Below the pieces are notes generated by a model. That model was not told the DNA's origin. It worked only from the letters and a program-made list of their open reading frames with translations, and did no database searches. A DNA stretch of 64,000 nt from an uncultured Anaerolinea sp. (GTDB lineage: Bacteria > Chloroflexota > Anaerolineae > Anaerolineales > UBA4823): positions 41,464-105,463 of the forward strand of contig CAZQQJ010000001.1 of NCBI GenBank assembly GCA_964595435.1, read 5' to 3'. A program made the position numbers and the translations under genes. Positions 1 through 9,030 of this stretch are shown piece by piece; position 1 is the stretch's first letter, and each line of letters opens with the position of its first letter.

Positions 1-369
1 ACATAACGCAGGATGGCGACCAGAATGCTGAGCAACAGGATCACCACCAGGGCGGTGACCCCCGCGGCAATGCCCATGCGGAATTCGACAGGATGTTGCT
101 CCTGCACCTTCTGGATGCCAGCGCCCATCTGTTGGAAAGCGTCATCCATTTTTTCGGCGAAGGTATTACCGTGCAGGCCCTCCCAACCATCTGGAGCCTT
201 CATACTCGAGGGCCGGTTGCGTTCACCATCGTTAATGGTGTAATTGCTGTTGCGGCCAAAATTTTGGCCGCCCATGGCCAGGGCCAGGATGAAACCGAAA
301 GCCCACAACATCCTGTAGTTCCACAGAATGTGCCAGGAACGTTTTAAGATTTTTTTGATATCTAACATG
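1..369 (-). CDS. hypothetical membrane protein, N-terminal portion (gene runs off the window start)
   Basis: Open minus-strand frame from ATG (rc of 367-369) to the window edge, with GGAG about 8 nt upstream. Translation MLDIKKILKRSWHILWNYRMLWAFGFILALAMGG...GIAAGVTALVVILLLSILVAIL has two hydrophobic segments. It is absent from the ORF track because there is no stop in the window. Confidence 0.45.
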
Positions 370-486
370 GTATATACTCCTTACGTATAGAGGTGAGTGA
401 TGGGTCGATGAGTAATAGGTAATTGGGCGCTCAGGCGATTGGGCACCCGGGTGTGCGGGCGCCTGGATACCTGGGCGCTTGAGGGC

Positions 487-1113
487 TCAGGCGTCTGGAT
501 GGCTGGATTCGCCGGGATTCGCCGGCCTGCGCAGCCACCAGGTTAACAGCCAGCCCAGGTAAGCGGCTGCCAGGATAGCCTGGGGGATCAGTCTCTCTGC
601 CAGTTGTGTCATGACCAGATTGGTGTCGTTCAACGCCGATAACGTCTCCCGTTCCAGAGCGCCTAGTTGGTTCCCGTACAGATTCATGACTGCGGCGAAC
701 CATTCCATCTGGAGATGATTATCCTGCAGCCAGGCCAAATTGCCATTGAGCAGGCCCGTATCGGCGGCAAACGTGGCCAGCGAGCTGAGCGAAAGTGTGA
801 TGTTGATGAAGAGCCAGACTCCCAGCAGAGCGACCGGGATCAGCCACCAGCCGATTTTGAGCGCCTCCCGGGGTTGCGGCTCTGCGGATTGCCGCGGCAG
901 GCTGAGGGTGAGATTGGCGACGAAGCGCTCGGCAGAGAGAAAATCGCCATCGGCAGCGGTATCCTGCAGCAGGGTGGAGAGATCCCGTATCTCTTCCAGC
1001 CCGGCCTGGCACGTGGCGCACTCAGCCAGATGCGCCTCGACCTGGCGCAAACGCGCGCCGTGTAATTCGCCATCGTGGTAGGCTCCCAGCCATTCGGTGA
1101 TATGATCAGACAT
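487..1113 (-). CDS. anti-sigma factor, zf-HC2 (RsrA/ChrR-like) zinc-finger, single-pass membrane protein
   Basis: HLAECATCQAGLEEIRDLS is an HxxxCxxC motif typical of zf-HC2 anti-sigma factors. One TM segment (WWLIPVALLGVWLFINITL) follows. The gene overlaps the 3' end of the upstream ECF sigma gene by 8 nt. Confidence 0.75.
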   Translation of the reverse strand: MSDHITEWLGAYHDGELHGARLRQVEAHLAECATCQAGLEEIRDLSTLLQDTAADGDFLSAERFVANLTLSLPRQSAEPQPREALKIGWWLIPVALLGVWLFINITLSLSSLATFAADTGLLNGNLAWLQDNHLQMEWFAAVMNLYGNQLGALERETLSALNDTNLVMTQLAERLIPQAILAAAYLGWLLTWWLRRPANPGESSHPDA

Positions 1114-1681
1114 TTTCGATCTCCATCTGGATCAGGTGCGGTTGCAAAGATTCCTTCAACTGGCGGCGGGCGTAGTTCAGGCGTGACATGACCGTGCCCA
1201 GGGGGATATCGAGCGTGGCGGCAATTTCATGGTACGAGAGACCGCCATATTCGCGCAACACCAGCACAGACCGGCTGGCTTCCGTCAGCGCCAGGATGGC
1301 TTGCTGAACAGCAACCGTGCGTTCTTTTTGTAAAAGCGCGGCTTCGGGGCCCGCCTGCGGATCTGGCATGGACAGGGTTTCGAAATCGGCGTCGGCAATT
1401 TTGGCCTCGCGCCGGAGAACATCCAGCGCGGCGTTGACGGCGATGCGATAGAGCCAGTTGCGCAGCGAGGTGCCGGGGCGAAAAGTTGACAAGTGTAACC
1501 AGGCCTGGATGAAAGCATCCTGGGCCGCGTCTTGCGCCAGCTCCGCATCGCCACACATGCGATAGATCACATGGATGACGCCGGCATGGTGGCGGCGGAC
1601 AAGTTCTCCGTAGGCATTGCGGTTACCGCTTTGGGCTTCTGCGATCAGCGCCGCTTCGGTTTCCGCATCAGGAAAAACCAC
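1106..1681 (-). CDS. ECF (sigma-70 family, RpoE-like) RNA polymerase sigma factor
   Basis: Region 2 (DAFIQAWLHLSTFRPGTSLRNWLYRIAVNAALDVLRR) and region 4 (LREYGGLSYHEIAATLDIPLGTVMSRLNYARRQLK) motifs are present. It is paired with the downstream anti-sigma gene. Confidence 0.85.
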   Translation of the reverse strand: MVFPDAETEAALIAEAQSGNRNAYGELVRRHHAGVIHVIYRMCGDAELAQDAAQDAFIQAWLHLSTFRPGTSLRNWLYRIAVNAALDVLRREAKIADADFETLSMPDPQAGPEAALLQKERTVAVQQAILALTEASRSVLVLREYGGLSYHEIAATLDIPLGTVMSRLNYARRQLKESLQPHLIQMEIENV

Positions 1682-1906
1682 TTGCTGTTCCTTTCGCGCA
1701 ATCTTACTTACTTAACGAAATTTACGCTGGATTTATTCGAAAGTTGCTGGAGATTCATGCCCGGAACTCGCATGACCCGGCGTACCACCGGGCGCTCATC
1801 CATGCCTGGACACGGGAATTGGGGTTGAAAGACCGGCATACCCGGGTTCCGTACCAGCAACTGGATGTGAACACCCCCCGGGTAAACGGAACATCCGCAG
1901 CGATGA

Positions 1907-2647
1907 TCATTCCACAGGGTGGCCTACCGGGATCAGATACAAGGGCTGCTGACCGGCAGGCAATGAGACCGCCGTTTTGACTTGATCGTCGTAAAACGCA
2001 CCAATGGGCACCGCGCCGAGGCCCAGCGCTACCGCTTGCAGCAAAAGGTTCTGCGCCGCATGGCCGGCCTCCAGGTGGACATAGCGTGGACTTCGTTCTT
2101 TGCCGTATTTCTTCTCGGTACGTTCATAGACTGCCGTGATGAGGAACACCGCCGGCGCGTTCAACACCGGCTCCTGTCGCAGAGCCGCTGCGTACAGCCC
2201 AGGGCGCAGATCGCATTGCAGATGGACGCTCAGGCGATGTTGCCGGGGATCATAACGATACACGCTTTCCTGCGTGATGACGTACACCTCGAGAGGATAC
2301 AGCGCGCCCGCGGATGGCGCGGTGCGATAGCCGGCCGGATCGGTAATCCCCTGGGCGGCCCACAGCAACTGGCCGATTTCTTCCAGGCCCAGTTGCTCGC
2401 CGGTAAACTCACGCACAGAGCGCCGTTCCAACAACGTCTCTTCGAGCGTCAGGGTCCCTTTCAAGCTGGGCCTGGGGAGCACGATTGCTTGAAGCGCGGG
2501 GAGGATATTCCCGCCGGCGGGTGAGGGTGGCGCCTGCACGGCTGTCTTGATTGCCTGCGGGCCTTCCCGCGGCGCACAGGCCGGCAGCAGGAGCATCGAG
2601 GATATCAAGACCAGCGACCATTTTATCCTGCTCCAATTTCTCGACAT
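1907..2647 (-). CDS. SagB-type dehydrogenase / nitroreductase-family protein, probable lipoprotein
   Basis: Nitroreductase fold motifs are present (RRSVREFTGEQL, GALYPLEVYV, HLEAGHAAQNLLLQAVALGLGAVPIG). Start chosen at MSRNWSRIKW (ATG rc 2645-2647) with a GAGAGGA RBS. LLLPAC is a lipobox-like signal. The longer ORF-track start at 2695 is unsupported. Confidence 0.75.
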   Translation of the reverse strand: MSRNWSRIKWSLVLISSMLLLPACAPREGPQAIKTAVQAPPSPAGGNILPALQAIVLPRPSLKGTLTLEETLLERRSVREFTGEQLGLEEIGQLLWAAQGITDPAGYRTAPSAGALYPLEVYVITQESVYRYDPRQHRLSVHLQCDLRPGLYAAALRQEPVLNAPAVFLITAVYERTEKKYGKERSPRYVHLEAGHAAQNLLLQAVALGLGAVPIGAFYDDQVKTAVSLPAGQQPLYLIPVGHPVE

Positions 2648-2658
2648 GGTTATCCTCT

Positions 2659-2927
2659 CTATACTCCGGCAATAACCCGCCCGCACTGTGGGCATCGTCC
2701 ATTGCTAACCAGGTTGGATAGCACATCGAAACCCACCCTGCGGATAAGCAGGGCATGACAATCCGGGCAGCAGGTATTATCGTAGCGGTGTCCAGGCAGG
2801 TTGCCGACATAAACGAACTCCAGGCCGGCCTCTTTGCCGGTTTTCCAGGCGAGCTCCAGAGTCTGCACCGGCGTGGGGGAGCATCGAACCGGTGAGTGGG
2901 AAAGTAGCCTGAAACGTGCCAGGGCAC
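2659..2927 (-). pseudogene. decayed 3' fragment of a second AmmeMemoRadiSam-type radical SAM gene, with a +1 frameshift in a C5/G5 homopolymer
   Basis: Two frames joined at the G5 run (plus strand 2875-2879) read PWHVSGYFPTHRFDAPP|TPVQTLELAWKTGKEAGLEFVYVGNLPGHRYDNTCCPDCHALLIRRVGFDVLSNLVSNGRCPQCGRVIAGV. This is the conserved C-terminus (PWH..F.P, EAGL.YVYVGN, CPxC...CPxCG zinc ribbon) of PflA-like AmmeMemoRadiSam enzymes. No radical-SAM core lies upstream of it. Confidence 0.6.
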
Positions 2928-3027
2928 CTGCGGGCCGAGTTCGCTGATAATTGTTTGGGCGAAACATAATCCATAGATTTCGGCCGCTCTTGCAAGATTG
3001 CTTCTCTCACGAAAGGGCTTTTCATGT

Positions 3028-4107
3028 TCAATTCCGTCCGAGACCCAACAGGTGCCGGTTGCCGAGGCGGACGTTCGTCAGCCCGGCTTCCCTGGCGGCG
3101 GCTTCCGCCTCCACAGCCTGGCGGATCGAGGTACACGGCAGGTCATGCATGTAGAAGTGGGGCGCAAAAGCCAGCAGGGCATAGGGGATGTTCGGATTGA
3201 GCGAGGCGATGTACCTGGCAATCTTGCCCACCTGTTCGGCGTCCAAATAACCGGGCACGAGCAGGGTGCTGGCGATCACCAGGGGATGCGATTTGGGATG
3301 CTTATTGAAGTGGCTTGCAGCCCGGGCGAAATTTTCCAGGGTGCGCTGGTTCGATACACCGGTCAGGGCCAGGTGCAATCCTTCAGCATAGGCTTTCAGG
3401 TCGAATTTGATGCATCCCCTTGTTTCAATGGAATATTCCAGGGCAGCGTCGAGCAGCCTGGGGTGCATCATCCCGTTTGTTTCCCAGCAGATGCGCACGC
3501 CGCGTTCGGCCAGTAACCTGGAAGCAGCCAGCGCATGCGGCATCTGCGAAGCCGGGTCGCCGCCGAAATAGCAAACACAGAAAGTGCGTGAATTGGCAGC
3601 TCTGGCCAGCTCACCGGCGCTGATGGTCTTTTCCTGGGACGGGGAAATCTCACGAAAATGCCAGTTCTGGCAGGAGAGGCAGTTGGCTGTGCAACTGGCA
3701 TAGAACACGGCCAGGTTATGGAAGCCGGGATGCTGGTTTCCCTCACACACCCAATCGGCGACGCAGTTGGTCGGCAGCGGGTCGCGGTACCAGTGGAGCA
3801 ACCCGCGCTCGGGGGTCCCGGCCAGGTGAACCAGTTTCCCGCCCCGCACCGTCCGCAGCCCGCAAAACCCGCGTTCGTTTTCACCGATGATGCATTCGTT
3901 GCTACACAGAGCACAGCGGCGACCCATGGGATGGCGGGGCGGTTCGACCGGCAGGCCGAATTCAACCCTGGAAGCCGCGCGTACCGCTTCCAATCGGGGG
4001 AGCGCCTCGGGAAACCTCTCCTTCAGGCAATCGGGACAGACGCCAATCGTGGCGGATATAAGCGGCGACTCGCGTCGGCAAAGCTGGCAGACTTGTAGGG
4101 TGCCCAT
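3028..4107 (-). CDS. radical SAM enzyme, AmmeMemoRadiSam/PflA-like family (C-terminal zinc ribbon missing)
   Basis: CTANCLSC is the CxxxCxxC 4Fe-4S motif. GGDPASQ, CWETNG and FAPHFYMHDLPCTSIRQAVEAEAAAREAGLTNVRLGN match TIGR04337-type proteins. The N-terminal Cys cluster is VCQLC...CPDC. Start taken at MGTLQV (rc 4105-4107); the alternative start at 4290 is less likely. The protein stops at LGNRHLLGLGRN, before the CPxC..CPxCG ribbon expected in this family. Confidence 0.75.
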   Translation of the reverse strand: MGTLQVCQLCRRESPLISATIGVCPDCLKERFPEALPRLEAVRAASRVEFGLPVEPPRHPMGRRCALCSNECIIGENERGFCGLRTVRGGKLVHLAGTPERGLLHWYRDPLPTNCVADWVCEGNQHPGFHNLAVFYASCTANCLSCQNWHFREISPSQEKTISAGELARAANSRTFCVCYFGGDPASQMPHALAASRLLAERGVRICWETNGMMHPRLLDAALEYSIETRGCIKFDLKAYAEGLHLALTGVSNQRTLENFARAASHFNKHPKSHPLVIASTLLVPGYLDAEQVGKIARYIASLNPNIPYALLAFAPHFYMHDLPCTSIRQAVEAEAAAREAGLTNVRLGNRHLLGLGRN

Positions 4108-4331
4108 CTGATCTGAATCTACTTTACAATATTTCCGGGCGCAATGCAATATCTTTCGCGCCAGATGTATGCATCTCCCCTGGCCGCTCATTGACCGGTT
4201 ACGCATCGTTACCCCGAAAAAACGCGTTAATTCATTGTTTTTGATGATCATGTGGATGTATACTACAATCAGTAGTATTTCAATAAGCAACTACTGTCTT
4301 TGAGGCGAGAAATGAATAATTGAGGTGAAGG

Positions 4332-6020
4332 ATGCCTCTCTCCACAGGACAACTTCTAAACAACCGTTATCGAATCGTCAATCTGCTTGGACAGGGTGGG
4401 TTTGGCGCCGTCTATCGGGCCTGGGATATCAACCTTAGTCGTCCCTGTGCATTGAAAGAAAACCTTGACACATCTGCAGAAGCGAAACGCCAGTTTGAGC
4501 GCGAAGCGATCATCCTGGCCGGCCTCAGCCATGTAAACCTGCCCCGCGTCACAGATCATTTCTTCATACCAGATCAGGGTCAATACCTGGTGATGGATTT
4601 CATCGAAGGGGATGACTCTCAGCAAATTCTTCAACGCTCTGCAGGAGTATTACCCCAGGCGCAGGTGCTACAATGGATTGAACAGGTGTGCGATGCGCTG
4701 ATCTACCTACACTCACAGAACCCGCCAATTATTCATCGGGATATCAAGCCTGCCAATATCAAAATCACGCCGCAGGGCAAGGCGATGCTGGTAGATTTCG
4801 GCATTGCCAAGCAATACCATCCGGATATCAAAACTACAGTTGGGGCGCGAGCGATCACTTCGGGCTATTCACCCCCAGAGCAGTACGGGCGCGGCATAAC
4901 CGATGCGCAGAGTGACGTATATGCCCTGGGAGCGACGCTGTATACGTTACTGACCGGGCAAACGCCTGCCGATAGCGTAGATATCATGGCTCAGAATGTA
5001 CCCCAGCCGCTGCCGGCACGCCAGTTAAACCCGGCAGTCTCGCCCCATGTGGATACTGCTATCCGCCAGGCTATGGAATTAGAGAAGAGCCGGCGCCCGA
5101 GGAGCGTGGCAGATTTCAAGGTTGCCATCAGCGGTCAACTGCCAGCCACCGACCACTTGCTGCAAGTACAGGGGCAGTCGCACGTTTTGCCAGGTTCGGC
5201 TGCGCCAGCCTACACCCGGGCCATGCCTGGGGTTTACCCCGTCGGGAGGACATCATCAAAGGATATGAGAACGAGATCATGGGTCTGGCCTGGCGTGCTG
5301 GCTGGAGCGGTTGTGTTAGCTGGTATCATCGTATTGGCGCTCGTTCTTTGGGCTATTTTCGGGCGCGGCAGCACCACGGCAGCCAGCCTGTCCGCTACAC
5401 AGACTGCGAATATGCTTGCATACTTGCTGGCCACCCCTCGAAATACACCCCAGCATCTTGCCTCACCTGAAGTACCTCCTTCCGACATACCCCTTCAACC
5501 AACGGTGGAGGAAATGCCCTCGGCGACATATACTCCTATGCCGCCGCCTGCCACCGCAACGATGGTACCCTCTCCCAGTTTCACACCACCTCCGAGCATC
5601 ATACCACCGCTGACCTTCACTCCTACACCCGGCTTACCAGCCGCCATCATCGAACCTTACTGTTCTATGTTCAAAAAATCGCCGCAGTATGTCAGGATCG
5701 GCCAACCGGTCATCCTCTGGTGGCGCTGGGACGCCAAAACTCGTCAACAAGTTGAGGATCATCTCGCGGCTGCCACTTATGAAATCTACCTGGATGGGAT
5801 GCCTGTCGAAGCCGAGCGGATGAGCGATATCGAGTACCTGAGCAATGAGAAATACTTTCGGATGTCCTGGTATGCGACGGTTGGCGTTCTCTCTCCAGGC
5901 AAGCACCGCGCCGAACGATATTTATCCTGGACGCGTATGATCTCCGACGGATGGGAAACCTTTGGGCCGGGAGGCAAAACCGAAACCGAGTCTCACTATT
6001 GCGATATCATCGTCCAGTGA
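4332..6020 (+). CDS. Hanks-type Ser/Thr protein kinase with TM segment, Pro-rich linker and C-terminal extracytoplasmic domain of unknown function
   Basis: Motifs GQGGFGAVY, ALK, HRDIKPANI, DFGIAK and SPPE are present. A TM segment (WVWPGVLAGAVVLAGIIVLALVLWAIF) is followed by a Pro/Thr-rich stretch and a roughly 130-aa C-terminal domain. Confidence 0.9.
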   Translation: MPLSTGQLLNNRYRIVNLLGQGGFGAVYRAWDINLSRPCALKENLDTSAEAKRQFEREAIILAGLSHVNLPRVTDHFFIPDQGQYLVMDFIEGDDSQQILQRSAGVLPQAQVLQWIEQVCDALIYLHSQNPPIIHRDIKPANIKITPQGKAMLVDFGIAKQYHPDIKTTVGARAITSGYSPPEQYGRGITDAQSDVYALGATLYTLLTGQTPADSVDIMAQNVPQPLPARQLNPAVSPHVDTAIRQAMELEKSRRPRSVADFKVAISGQLPATDHLLQVQGQSHVLPGSAAPAYTRAMPGVYPVGRTSSKDMRTRSWVWPGVLAGAVVLAGIIVLALVLWAIFGRGSTTAASLSATQTANMLAYLLATPRNTPQHLASPEVPPSDIPLQPTVEEMPSATYTPMPPPATATMVPSPSFTPPPSIIPPLTFTPTPGLPAAIIEPYCSMFKKSPQYVRIGQPVILWWRWDAKTRQQVEDHLAAATYEIYLDGMPVEAERMSDIEYLSNEKYFRMSWYATVGVLSPGKHRAERYLSWTRMISDGWETFGPGGKTETESHYCDIIVQ

Positions 6021-6035
6021 AAGGCCAGCAAATTC

Positions 6036-7364
6036 ATGCCTGCACCTTTTAGGCGCCGCGATTTTCTTAAATTGCTCGGGTTTGGGATTGGAATAGCCGC
6101 CTGCAGGAGGCTGCCCGGTCCACCTAGCCCGACTGTCACCTATCCTTCGGCTACCAGCACTTCCGGGGTAGCCACGCCAAGCCCTTTTGCGCCCGGCGAA
6201 GCGACCGCGTCAGCTACGGCAACCCCCACATCTCCACAGCCCGCTTCTCAGGCGCAGGCTACAGTGACACAGCCTGCTTTGCCATTTCCGCGCTTCATCG
6301 TCGATGGTCACCAGGATATCGCCTGGAACGCCCTTGAGTTTGGCCGCGATCCACGCCAGAGCGCCTATGAAGTGCGTCGCCAGGAAGCCAATACGGATTT
6401 ACCCTTCTTAGTGGGCGAACGCACCACCGGATTGCCAGAATACCTGGCCGGCCGGGTGGGACTGATCTTTGCTACCATCTTCGTCCTGCCATCCCAAAAT
6501 GCCTACCCCGGCTATAACGCCACGACTTATGCCTCGCCGGGGCAGGCGGAAAAGCGCGGCCTGGCGCAACTGGATTATTATCGAAGCCTGACTGGCCCAG
6601 ATTCGCGCTTTCGCCTGGTCGCTTCTCAAGCCAATTTAGACGTTGTAGTTAGAAGCTGGACTCAACCGGCGCCTGGCCAGGAACCCCTGGTTGGCCTGGT
6701 GATTTTGATGGAAGGCGCCGACCCAATCATCAACCCCGGGAAACTGGCTCAATGGTATCAGGACGGGGTGCGTATGATCGGGCCTGCCTGGCACGCCACG
6801 CGCTACAGCGGCGGCACCGGCGCGCCAGGGCCGCTGACCGGTCTGGGGCGCCAATTATTGGAAACCATGGCGCAGTTCAATATGCTGCTCGACCTTTCGC
6901 ACCTGTCCCAGGAAGCTTACTTCGAAGCCGTAGAAAGCTACCCATCTCAAATGATTGCCAGCCACAGCAACCCGCGCGCCTTCCTGCCTACTGATCGCGG
7001 CTTATCCAATGAGATGGTCCAAAAGTTGATCGCCCGGGATGGCGTGATTGGAGTGAACCTCTATAACCGCTTCTTGCTGCCGGGATGGGCGCACGGCGAC
7101 TCTCGTAAAGATGTACCCCTGGAGCATGTGGGGCAGGTGATCGATAGTATTGTCCAACTGTCGGGCAGCGCCCGTCATGTTGCGATCGGATCGGATTTCG
7201 ATGGTGGATTTGGCCGGGATGATATCCCTTTCGAGCTGGATACCTGTGCTGACCTGCTCCTTCTGGCGTCTGTATTGGAAAAGCGGGGCTATTCCAGCGC
7301 GGACATCGAAAATATTATGAATGGCAACTGGCTGCGCTGTCTGGCCAAGGGATTGCCCCCTTGA
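6036..7364 (+). CDS. membrane dipeptidase (peptidase family M19, renal-dipeptidase-like), Tat-signal
   Basis: A Tat motif (RRRDFLKLLGFG) is followed by a Pro/Ala/Thr-rich linker and M19 motifs (VDGHQDIAW, HLS, GSDFDGG). Confidence 0.85.
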   Translation: MPAPFRRRDFLKLLGFGIGIAACRRLPGPPSPTVTYPSATSTSGVATPSPFAPGEATASATATPTSPQPASQAQATVTQPALPFPRFIVDGHQDIAWNALEFGRDPRQSAYEVRRQEANTDLPFLVGERTTGLPEYLAGRVGLIFATIFVLPSQNAYPGYNATTYASPGQAEKRGLAQLDYYRSLTGPDSRFRLVASQANLDVVVRSWTQPAPGQEPLVGLVILMEGADPIINPGKLAQWYQDGVRMIGPAWHATRYSGGTGAPGPLTGLGRQLLETMAQFNMLLDLSHLSQEAYFEAVESYPSQMIASHSNPRAFLPTDRGLSNEMVQKLIARDGVIGVNLYNRFLLPGWAHGDSRKDVPLEHVGQVIDSIVQLSGSARHVAIGSDFDGGFGRDDIPFELDTCADLLLLASVLEKRGYSSADIENIMNGNWLRCLAKGLPP

Positions 7365-7378
7365 TGATGTAAAGTGAT

Positions 7379-7435
7379 ATGCCTCTCTCTCCAGGACAAC
7401 TCCTCCACGATCGTTACCGCATCGTTAAGCTGCTC
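7379..7435 (+). pseudogene. 5' remnant (19 codons) of a second Ser/Thr kinase paralog
   Basis: MPLSPGQLLHDRYRIVKLL matches the N-terminus of the 4332 kinase (MPLSTGQLLNNRYRIVNLL), at roughly 75% nt identity. Beyond 7436 the frame runs into antisense sequence of the HEPN remnant. Confidence 0.6.
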
Positions 7436-7452
7436 GTTCAGGCCATCGCTTT

Positions 7453-7610
7453 GATGTACTGGTTGATCGAAGAAACAAAAACACGAGCTTCTTCAAGAGC
7501 CTGTTTTGCTTCTTCTTCGTTTACTGTGAAAATTTCACCATTTCTTGCAGAGTTTCGCTGGACTGATGCAAGCGATACCCAACCAACTCCTGAAGGTGCT
7601 TATTGCTCAT
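7453..7610 (-). pseudogene. HEPN-domain toxin remnant (internal deletion plus frameshift)
   Basis: An ATG overlaps the MNT stop (ATGA at 7607-7610). Frame 1 gives MSNKHLQELVGYRLHQSSETLQEMVKFSQ* (HEPN N-terminus). Another frame gives ...GEIFTVNEEEAKQALEEARVFVSSINQYIKAMA* (HEPN C-terminus). About 65 central residues are missing. Confidence 0.55.
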
Positions 7611-7927
7611 ATTGCAATTCCCTCAGCCTGGATAGCCTTCAGTATCGGGTTTGCGGCCAGAGGGCTGTCTATAATTGCCTGGGTGGTGGCTACAAATGTG
7701 GATATGACTACCCCCTCACTAAAGCCAACCTCCCAGGCAATATCGCTGATTTGTCTGCGCAGTTGAGGTGTAAGGTCGCTCAGCTCGATAAAGATATCCA
7801 GGTCGGAATCTTCTGATGCATCGCCACGCGCACGCGAGCCATAAATCACCAGTCGTTTGATGGGGGATATGGCCTGTAAACGGCGCTTGAATTTTCGAAC
7901 GATGCGTTCGTCGTTGGGCGCTAGCAT
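7607..7927 (-). CDS. nucleotidyltransferase-domain (MNT, Pol-beta superfamily) antitoxin-like protein
   Basis: The motif RLVIYGSRARGDASEDSDLDIFIE is a GS...D.D minimal nucleotidyltransferase signature. Confidence 0.8.
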   Translation of the reverse strand: MLAPNDERIVRKFKRRLQAISPIKRLVIYGSRARGDASEDSDLDIFIELSDLTPQLRRQISDIAWEVGFSEGVVISTFVATTQAIIDSPLAANPILKAIQAEGIAI

Positions 7928-7934
7928 GCTTTAA

Positions 7935-9030
7935 TTATACATTAGAAACCACATCCGCCAACATTGCCTGGGAGATATTCCCGCCGGTGATGATACAGCA
8001 TATGGTGGCGCCCAGGTTGCGCAGGCTGTCGGAGAAGAGCAGGGTGGCGGGGGCGGCGGCCGCGGCGGGTTCGACGATCACGCGCATGTCCCATAACATG
8101 CGCTGCATGCCGTGAAAGATTTGTTCGTCGTCGACGGTGAGGATGTCTTTCAACAGCGGGACGTTTGTGGCGCCGCCCGCTTTCAGGCCGCGCTGCACGT
8201 AGTCGAAATTGAGCGCACCCGGCTGCTGGACGGCGATGCCATCCGCGATGGTCTGGATATGGGGCAGCCTGGTCCGTTTCCCTGCCCGTACCGACTCCAC
8301 CATGGATGGCGAGCCCTGCGCCTGCACTGCCATGACCTGCACCTGGCGTTTTGCGATGCGGGAGAGCACGGCTTCCGGCAAAATGGCCTGGGAAACCAGG
8401 CGGTTTGCGACCTCAAGTTCGCTCAAGGCCACCAGCAGGCCGGAGATCAGCCCACCGCCGCCGATTGGCCCAACGAACAGGTCGACCTCGGGCCGGGCTT
8501 CAAGGACTTCCAGGGCCAGGGTGCCCTGGCCGGCAATGACCTTGGGGTCATCGAAACTGGGCAGGAGCGCCTTGCCCTGCTCTGCGGACAGGCTGCGGGC
8601 ATATTCCAGCGCCTCGTCGTAGGTCTCGCCGTGCAGGATGACACTGGCGCCGTAACGCTTGGCCTGGTCGATCTTGGTCGCCGGGGCGCGCACCGGCATC
8701 ACCAGGGTTGCTTCGATGCCCAGCAGGGCGGAGGCGAAAGCCACTCCCAGGGCGTGGTTGCCGCTGGATGCCGCCATGACGCCGCGACTGCGTTCTGCAG
8801 CGCTCAGGCTGGAGACTTTGTTCAGCGCTCCACGCGCTTTGAATGCGTGGGTGCGTTGGAAGCTCTCCAGCTTGAAATAGACCTGGTTGCCGCTCGCCTG
8901 GCTGAATTCAGGGCTGTAGACCAGGGGCGTGGGGATGAGGTGCTTCTGTACCAGTTGGCGAGCGGCCAGGATGTCGGATAAGGTAATCGCGGCGGGAGAT
9001 GTTTCGCTGGATGATTCTGGCCTGCTCATT
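7935..9030 (-). CDS. PLP-dependent threonine/serine dehydratase (threonine ammonia-lyase, IlvA/TdcB family)
   Basis: SFQRTHAFKARGALNKV is the PLP-Lys motif, and GNHALGVA and GPIGGGGLISG match the family. Start at MSRPESS (rc 9028-9030) with GGAG 6 nt upstream. The long ORF-track N-terminal extension overlaps the D-aminoacylase gene and is rejected. Confidence 0.8.

Noticed and set aside
1744-1980. 78-aa plus-strand ORF in the 1682-1906 intergenic region
   Set aside because: It overlaps the 3' end of the nitroreductase gene in antisense. No RBS and no motifs.
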